The translations under genes were made by a program, and so were the position numbers. Positions 58,338 to 64,000 of a DNA stretch of 64,000 bases are shown here, in pieces. Below the pieces are notes generated by a model. It was not told where the DNA came from. It saw only the letters and a list, made by a program, of their open reading frames with translations, and did not search any database. Within the stretch, counting starts at the first letter, position 1, and each line of letters starts with the position of its first letter. The DNA lies in IMG/VR virus record IMGVR_UViG_3300021961_005592, positions 32,001 through 96,000 of that record; one strand, 5' to 3'. This DNA is from a virus.

Positions 58338-58574
58338 TTATTTATTTTGAGATGCAACTGCATTTAAGAACACTTCTAATTTTGTATATACTGTTCCTAC
58401 GGCAGTCATTTCGTTTGGTCTAAACGCACCTCTAGTACTAGCTACATCAATAATGCTTTTTAGAGCTTGTAGGTCTTGTACAGTTAGGTCCGGACCAGCA
58501 GACTGTTCTTCACCAACATGAGTTGTTGTGTTGGCTGCTGCTTTGGTTTCTTTTTCTACTTTGGTATCGCTCAT
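58338..58574 (-). CDS. Hypothetical small protein
   Basis: 78 aa, AGGAG RBS, TAAATA core at 58610-58615. Confidence 0.75.
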   Translation of the reverse strand: MSDTKVEKETKAAANTTTHVGEEQSAGPDLTVQDLQALKSIIDVASTRGAFRPNEMTAVGTVYTKLEVFLNAVASQNK

Positions 58575-58612
58575 AATTTAAACTCCTATAGTAATATATA
58601 TGCGCACTTTAT

Positions 58613-58894
58613 TTAGTTGTACTTTAAAAGTGGACAAGCTAACATGAAATATGATGCTTCTTTTGGATCTTCAAATCCAATTTGTAAAGCAGTTTCTAGC
58701 TTATTAGATCCGTTTAATATAACATGCTTTCCAATAGAATATCTACCTTTTAAATTGCAAATAATCCATTTTTCTACAGCACCTACTAGGTTATATGGTA
58801 AGCTAATAACCAGTTTTTCAAAATGGGAAGGTAGGAATTCTACCTTCCTAATTCCTAGTAATTCTAAAGGCCTTGCTACAATTTCTTTATGCAT
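58613..58894 (-). CDS. Hypothetical protein
   Basis: 93 aa, overlaps the stop of the VWA gene. Confidence 0.6.
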   Translation of the reverse strand: MHKEIVARPLELLGIRKVEFLPSHFEKLVISLPYNLVGAVEKWIICNLKGRYSIGKHVILNGSNKLETALQIGFEDPKEASYFMLACPLLKYN

Positions 58895-60194
58895 CCGCTT
58901 CTTCGTAATGTGCTGTTACACCAAATGGTGCTTGCAAGTTTTTGTCAGGATGACCGTGAATAATGAAAACAGTTTCACAATAGTTTTCATCACCCCAGCT
59001 GTCCCAGGGATATCCATCTGTAAACATAATAAATTTTTTGGGCTGGATATCATTTTCTTTCATATAGTTCCAATTGCACATAAAGTCTGTGCCACCACCG
59101 CCCATTAAATTGTAATCTAACAGGTCGTCATTACCGTTTGTACCGTAGTCTTGTTCATTATAAACTTTGGTATCAAAACACCAAAGTTTAATATTGTAGT
59201 CTTTAAACTCTTCCATGATGCCTTTGATTTCACCTAAGAAGTCTTTTGCTTGATCGTCACCAATAGAACCTGACATGTCCAATCCAATAGCAACATCGAT
59301 AGTGTCCATAAAGTTCATACCAGGAAGAATAGCACCAGTATGCCAACCTTTACGGCTAGGACGACTAAATGTATAGTCATTTTTAACAGTAGATTGTATT
59401 TGCTGACGAATAATTTGTCGCCAGTTCATTTTAGGTTCAGTAAGTTCTTTTACCATACGAGCAATTTCACCAGGGACATTGCCAGCACCTGCAGATTGAG
59501 AAGATGAAATCATTGCTTCTTTGATCTCATCTTTAATCTTAGCTATTTCTTCTTTAGAATACTTTGGACGTTTACTTTTTCCATTCTTGGAGTCAGAAGC
59601 ATCACTAGAACTTTCTTCACCGTCTTCACCGTCCCAGTCAAGATGTTCGTCAAGTAGTTCGCCCAATTGTTTAACAGCCTCTTCGCCTTGTTTTTTGGCT
59701 TGTTCAAACAGATCATCGTACACTTCTTCTGAAGTCCATTTGTCATATTTGAAATCCTGATAGCAGTCAACAATTTTGGGTTTCTCACCAATGCGGTCTC
59801 GCACTAGCAAATTATTAACAATATAGTCTGCGGCAATGTTATGGAGAATTGGAATACGATCTTCTCGACGGGTAAGATGATCAAACACACAATGCAAGAT
59901 TTCGTGTGCAATAACAAACTCAATTTCTTTGTTTGACATTGCATGGAAAAATTGAGTATTGAAATACAAATTGCGCCCATCTACAGCCGCAGTAGGCAAC
60001 CAATCGTCAGCAGCTTGTATACGCAACCGTGTTGCCATGTTACCAAAAAACGGATGCCGAAGCAGTAATCCAACACGAGCAGTAATAATGCGATCAATTA
60101 CTTCTACACGCATTGATTCCAATTGATCTTCAGTAACATCTGGATTTGGTTGCCAGTGTTTTTTACCAGCTACGCTGTGAATTAGATTGTGCAT
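58887..60194 (-). CDS. DUF2201-type metallopeptidase-VWA protein
   Basis: TAAVDG, AHEILH (HExxH), NIAADY; VWA MIDAS DMSGS, GGGGTDF, FTDG. Confidence 0.9.
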   Translation of the reverse strand: MHNLIHSVAGKKHWQPNPDVTEDQLESMRVEVIDRIITARVGLLLRHPFFGNMATRLRIQAADDWLPTAAVDGRNLYFNTQFFHAMSNKEIEFVIAHEILHCVFDHLTRREDRIPILHNIAADYIVNNLLVRDRIGEKPKIVDCYQDFKYDKWTSEEVYDDLFEQAKKQGEEAVKQLGELLDEHLDWDGEDGEESSSDASDSKNGKSKRPKYSKEEIAKIKDEIKEAMISSSQSAGAGNVPGEIARMVKELTEPKMNWRQIIRQQIQSTVKNDYTFSRPSRKGWHTGAILPGMNFMDTIDVAIGLDMSGSIGDDQAKDFLGEIKGIMEEFKDYNIKLWCFDTKVYNEQDYGTNGNDDLLDYNLMGGGGTDFMCNWNYMKENDIQPKKFIMFTDGYPWDSWGDENYCETVFIIHGHPDKNLQAPFGVTAHYEEADA

Positions 60195-60225
60195 TTGGTA
60201 TTCCTTTTCTCAGTGCCTATAGTAT

Positions 60226-60253
60226 ATAATAACATATTTACAGTATTTGTCAA
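60226..60253 (-). promoter_or_regulatory. Sigma70-type promoter
   Basis: TTGACA-N16-TATTAT with TG extension. Confidence 0.65.
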
Positions 60254-60254
60254 C

Positions 60255-60290
60255 TATAAAAAGAAAGAGTGGGCTAATTAGCCCACTCTT
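60255..60290 (-). terminator. Intrinsic terminator after the AAA+ ATPase gene
   Basis: Perfect 26-bp palindrome AAGAGTGGGCTAATTAGCCCACTCTT (60265-60290) followed on the minus strand by TCTTTTT. Confidence 0.8.
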
Positions 60291-60296
60291 AATGGC

Positions 60297-61391
60297 TCAC
60301 TTGTCTGTTGAAGCGGCTTTGATATACTTATGATAACGTTCGTGGAACTCATCAAAGCATTCTACTTCGTCTGGATCAATTGGAAGGCTGTATTGGGTAA
60401 GGGCAACTTTAATACCCATTACTACCAGCTCAGTTTCAAAATTGTCCATTGCAAAACGCAAGAAGTTATTAACTTTGGAGTCAAACTTCTTGTCGCCTTT
60501 GTCACACGCTTCTTTCAGTTCGTAGCAGAGCGAAACAGTCAAGGAATACATGGCACTGATTTCTTTAGTTTTTAGCTCTCTTACCTTGCCCTCTAGAATA
60601 TCTGTCGGGTTAGGCATGTTAGCGGCTACTTTACGGTGAGCCATAAACTTGACAGCAAGACCTTCACCTACTGATCCGCTAACCAAATCAGTAGTAGTAG
60701 TGTCGTCAAGTTCATCTTCTAATAGCTCGCTTACAAACGACCAAGAACGAGGCGTTGCAAACGAACGACTAGGAGATTTAGGATCAAAGTCGTAGAGGTC
60801 TTGTTTTGCAAATTGCAAGTAGCCTACTACGTCTTTATGTTGTTTGTTATCTACAGCCCACTGGAACCAGTCATCAAATGAAACTGTAAGTTCAATATGG
60901 ACAAAACGATTAGCAAGTGGAGCAGGCATCCGGTATGTAACACCTTTGTCTGCTTCTCGGTTACCAGCAGCAACAATCCTTACGTTTTTAGGAAGTTTAT
61001 ATTGTCCTACGCGGCGATTTAGGATTAGTTGATATGCCGCCGCCTGTACAGCAGGAGCCGCAGAGTTCATTTCGTCAAGGAAAAGAACAATTGTATCATA
61101 CTTTGATGCAAGTTCTTCATCGGGCAATTCCATTGGAGGAGCCCAAACCATTTTACCTAAAACCGAGTCAAAATATGGAATACCTTTAATATCGGTAGGT
61201 TCCCAAAGACTTAAACGAATGTCAATGAGTAATGAGTTTGTAAAACTTTCAGTAATTTGTTTTACAATATCTGATTTGCCAATGCCGGGAGGACCCCAAA
61301 GAAAAATTGGACGATTTTTCTGCATTGCATGTTTAATGCTAGTTTTAGCTTTGTTAGGAGTAACAGTCCGGGTTGCATCTGTGATAGCCAT
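60297..61391 (-). CDS. MoxR-like AAA+ ATPase
   Basis: GPPGIGKS Walker A, LFLDE Walker B, AAGNR, PLANRF, TPRSW. Confidence 0.92.
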   Translation of the reverse strand: MAITDATRTVTPNKAKTSIKHAMQKNRPIFLWGPPGIGKSDIVKQITESFTNSLLIDIRLSLWEPTDIKGIPYFDSVLGKMVWAPPMELPDEELASKYDTIVLFLDEMNSAAPAVQAAAYQLILNRRVGQYKLPKNVRIVAAGNREADKGVTYRMPAPLANRFVHIELTVSFDDWFQWAVDNKQHKDVVGYLQFAKQDLYDFDPKSPSRSFATPRSWSFVSELLEDELDDTTTTDLVSGSVGEGLAVKFMAHRKVAANMPNPTDILEGKVRELKTKEISAMYSLTVSLCYELKEACDKGDKKFDSKVNNFLRFAMDNFETELVVMGIKVALTQYSLPIDPDEVECFDEFHERYHKYIKAASTDK

Positions 61392-61446
61392 TTTGTATTC
61401 CTTCAGTAGTGTTCAGTGCCATATAGTTTTTTCTAACTATGTATAT

Positions 61447-61474
61447 AGTATAGCATCACTAGAACACATGTCAA
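61447..61474 (-). promoter_or_regulatory. Sigma70-type promoter
   Basis: TTGACA-N16-TATACT with TGc extension. Confidence 0.7.
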
Positions 61475-61866
61475 GAAGTTTTTTGTTCTTTTTCGGATCT
61501 TTTCATAGCTTTTATGAGTCCATATTTACGTATGTCTCCCGAAAAAAGAGTAAGCTCGACTGCTTTTCGTTCATTTGTTACTACAACACTTTTTTGGAAC
61601 AAGTAATATGGACAGTCAATAAATTGATCTAGGAATATTATAACTTGTGCAGTTAAGGGCATATCTTTTGGAAACGGTATGTCGTATGTAGCAAGTCCAA
61701 TATTGCTTATGAGTTCGTAACCTTGCTCAGTAAGGCGTAGTCCACCTTTGTTCTTATCTCTAGTGTTCTTCCACCATAATGGCAGGTACTGTTTAACTGT
61801 AGCATCGTCTACAGATTTTCCAAATTCCTTCAGAAATATTTTTGTATAGGTTTCTTTCCAGTTCAT
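61471..61866 (-). CDS. Hypothetical protein
   Basis: 131 aa, ATGA coupling with the upstream gene. Confidence 0.7.
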   Translation of the reverse strand: MNWKETYTKIFLKEFGKSVDDATVKQYLPLWWKNTRDKNKGGLRLTEQGYELISNIGLATYDIPFPKDMPLTAQVIIFLDQFIDCPYYLFQKSVVVTNERKAVELTLFSGDIRKYGLIKAMKRSEKEQKTS

Positions 61867-62186
61867 TCTTCATCAACACTATCAGTAAAACAATCAGAGT
61901 GTTGGGGTATCATTTCTCCACTATTTAATTTATAAACAGAAAAATCTTCAGACTTAAACATTTCATTTAGCTTTTTTGCTAGATTAAATGCATGTCCGGG
62001 ATTAGAAAAACTAACCTTTTTATATTTTGGTCCAGGATAGTTCGTAAGAGAATTTAAACTTTTTAAATTGAACGGTTTGCCTTGATAAAACACCGCCCAA
62101 ATAGCATCCGCCTCTAAAACTTGCTCAGTCTTATAGGTTTTGTTATTAGTGTATTCAAGTATTACTTTGGGCTTAGGCCGACTCAT
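61863..62186 (-). CDS. Hypothetical protein
   Basis: 107 aa, AAGGA RBS. Confidence 0.75.
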   Translation of the reverse strand: MSRPKPKVILEYTNNKTYKTEQVLEADAIWAVFYQGKPFNLKSLNSLTNYPGPKYKKVSFSNPGHAFNLAKKLNEMFKSEDFSVYKLNSGEMIPQHSDCFTDSVDEE

Positions 62187-62221
62187 ATGCGTATTTCCTT
62201 GGTTATATACGCATATATTTA
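62184..62221 (-). promoter_or_regulatory. Late promoter core overlapping a hairpin that sequesters the start codon
   Basis: TAAAT-ATATGCGTAT-ataaccAAGGAa-ATACGCATAT-G: 10-bp perfect stem (62185-62194/62207-62216). Confidence 0.65.
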
Positions 62222-62250
62222 TCTCTATTTAAGCTATCTGTATATATATA

Positions 62251-62496
62251 TTATTTCCAACCAGATCCGGCGTCCATATTAATTTGAATTAAACTGTCGT
62301 CGCTATCTTTACTGTTAGCAACAAGTTTTTCTAGATCGCCGTGTAATCGGCTCATTACAATGCCCAAAGTAAACGCAAGATTTTTGCATTGATCTATAGG
62401 CATACGTAGTTCTTTTGCCTTACTAGCTTCAGCACTTTTTACTTGCTGTAAAAATTGTTGTATTGGGATTGTGTTTAACGGTTCAATGGTTGGCAC
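62251..62496 (-). CDS. Hypothetical protein
   Basis: 81 aa, GTG start with AGGAG RBS. Confidence 0.7.
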   Translation of the reverse strand: MPTIEPLNTIPIQQFLQQVKSAEASKAKELRMPIDQCKNLAFTLGIVMSRLHGDLEKLVANSKDSDDSLIQINMDAGSGWK

Positions 62497-62953
62497 GACT
62501 TAACTCCTGTCTCATTTCTAACTCTGTTTTAAACGGTCCACGATTTTCGTAACGTTCAATAGTAATTAGTTTTGGACAAAAACTTTTAACCCAACCTTTT
62601 TCAAATCGAATTATATAATACCCTGCACAATACAAACTCTTAGATTTGTCAGATTTAGTAAACAATGGAAGTCTTCTTTTAAGATCATACATTGTATTAA
62701 ATGGCTGTACACTAGATGGATATCCATGTACACTTAGATCTAGCGATTTATCGCTAACTTTAATAGGTTCATCACCCCATACAATAAAGCCAAACTTCTT
62801 TTTTAACTGTCGCTTACTATCAAAGAAACATGTTTCAATTGGACTAGAGAACATATACCTTTCATCGTTCCATGAAAGTGTTCCTATTCGCTCGTTGTTT
62901 TCTTCAACAATCCAAAATTTATCTTTTAATACTGGTTTTACTTTTACAGTCAT
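62483..62953 (-). CDS. Hypothetical protein
   Basis: 156 aa, GAGG RBS, ATGA coupling with the exonuclease gene. Confidence 0.75.
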   Translation of the reverse strand: MTVKVKPVLKDKFWIVEENNERIGTLSWNDERYMFSSPIETCFFDSKRQLKKKFGFIVWGDEPIKVSDKSLDLSVHGYPSSVQPFNTMYDLKRRLPLFTKSDKSKSLYCAGYYIIRFEKGWVKSFCPKLITIERYENRGPFKTELEMRQELSRANH

Positions 62954-63933
62954 TGTGGATACCTCGCAGAAAGTGGTTCGGAGTAAAGAGCAGCATTATC
63001 TGCAATTCGCTGCATATCCCATTTAGCACAAAATTTCATAAGACGTAGACCAACTTGTGTCACTTCTTTAGGTTTTACATCTTGAATAGTTTGGGTAATC
63101 ATTTCTTTTATATCAGCAGGTTGTGCCGTTAAATCACATAGTGTTACATTTCTATTATAATCATCTAGTACACGATGTTCTGTACCATTATGGTCAGTCC
63201 ACCGTTGTAACATAAGATTGTTCCAGTTGTAACCTTTAGTATTCTTGTCAGCAAATGCTTCTTGTAAGCCAACTTTATTTTTAGTACCTTTAATTCGAAC
63301 ACCCGGATAAGCAGAGAAAACATTATCACTAGTGTCACCCCGCATACACTTTTCAAATAACAACCATTGAGGATCGGGCGCTGTCTTAACTTCTTTAGTT
63401 TTCTTATCTACAACGGGTTTTCCCTTGTCATCAAAGTAACCTTCGTGCGTAATTGTAACGTTTTGTATACCATTGTACTGTCGTACATTAGGTGCAATAA
63501 GTTGTGCAAAGTCACCATCTGTTGAAATAATAACATGATCGTCGTTTGGATGATTTTGAATCCAACCTGCAATTAAGTCATCTGCTTCTAGTTGCGGATG
63601 ACGAATAATAGTACAGTTAGTCTTGGTATCAATAAATTCTTTAAACTCGTCAAAGATTTCCCAAAACACTTTGTCTTCTTCTGCTTCTCGTGGACTTAGT
63701 GCATCACGAGCATCTTGCCTATTGCGTTTGTAAGGCTCGTAGTAGTCCTTGCGCCAGCTACGACCTTCTAAGCAAAAAACAACATGATCTGCATTAAAGT
63801 CTTGCCAAGCTTTTTTAATACTGTTAAGTGTGATGTGTAACGCCATACCTACTTTTGTGTCGATATCGCCACGTACTACGTGACGAGCCCTAAAAAAGGT
63901 ATTTGCTGTATCAACTAAAACGTATGTAGTCAT
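62950..63933 (-). CDS. rnh: 5'-3' exonuclease/flap endonuclease (T4 RNase H-like)
   Basis: VLVDTANTFFR, SWRKDYYEPYKRNR, LEADDLIA, ISTDGDFAQL, RGDTSDNV. Confidence 0.88.
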   Translation of the reverse strand: MTTYVLVDTANTFFRARHVVRGDIDTKVGMALHITLNSIKKAWQDFNADHVVFCLEGRSWRKDYYEPYKRNRQDARDALSPREAEEDKVFWEIFDEFKEFIDTKTNCTIIRHPQLEADDLIAGWIQNHPNDDHVIISTDGDFAQLIAPNVRQYNGIQNVTITHEGYFDDKGKPVVDKKTKEVKTAPDPQWLLFEKCMRGDTSDNVFSAYPGVRIKGTKNKVGLQEAFADKNTKGYNWNNLMLQRWTDHNGTEHRVLDDYNRNVTLCDLTAQPADIKEMITQTIQDVKPKEVTQVGLRLMKFCAKWDMQRIADNAALYSEPLSARYPQ

Positions 63934-63968
63934 TAAAAAGCCTCTTTAAATCCATCATTGTTAATAGC

Positions 63969-63997
63969 ATTATAGTATATTTCTGCACCCTTGTCAA
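63969..63997 (-). promoter_or_regulatory. Consensus sigma70 promoter
   Basis: TTGACA-N17-TATAAT exact match. Confidence 0.85.
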
Positions 63998-64000
63998 GAG

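Noticed and set aside
57385-63356. Plus-strand ORFs (57385, 58617, 59521, 60330, 60844, 61219, 62646) and nested minus ORFs
   Set aside because: Antisense or out of frame to well-supported minus-strand genes.
1-64000. Stop-codon reassignment, tRNAs, introns/inteins
   Set aside because: Standard-code ORFs tile the window densely, all three stops end genes, and intergenic gaps are too short; none recognised by eye.

Overview
AT-rich segment of a large (jumbo-type) tailed-phage genome in standard genetic code. It carries T4-like late-promoter cores (TAAATA/TAAGTA) and sigma70-type promoters. There are three blocks. (1) 1-14.2 kb: virion baseplate/tail-fibre genes, including a >2000-aa structural protein cut by the window edge, three fibre proteins with a shared N-terminal module, and a paralogous pair. 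(2) 14.3-56.1 kb: a roughly 42-kb enzyme cluster of about 48 genes, bracketed by fibre genes on both sides. It contains 8 radical SAM enzymes, 8 putative glycosyltransferases, 6 HxD...H oxygenase-like proteins, 4 PP-loop amide-ligase-like ATPases, 3 SGNH proteins and 2 UDP-sugar dehydrogenases. It also has an NDP-sugar dehydratase, sulfotransferase-like, methyltransferase, GNAT-like, PLP enzyme, amidinotransferase, a variant PanD and 2 degenerate kinase-like proteins. The best reading is a phage-encoded pathway that builds a heavily tailored glycan or small molecule, plausibly decorating the virion; this is inference. (3) 56.1-64 kb: a minus-strand fibre gene, hypotheticals, a MoxR AAA+/VWA-metallopeptidase pair and a T4 RNase H-like 5'-3' exonuclease. 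Regulatory features include apparently leaderless divergent late promoters and a start-codon-sequestering hairpin. All family calls come from motif recognition by eye; no database searches were run.
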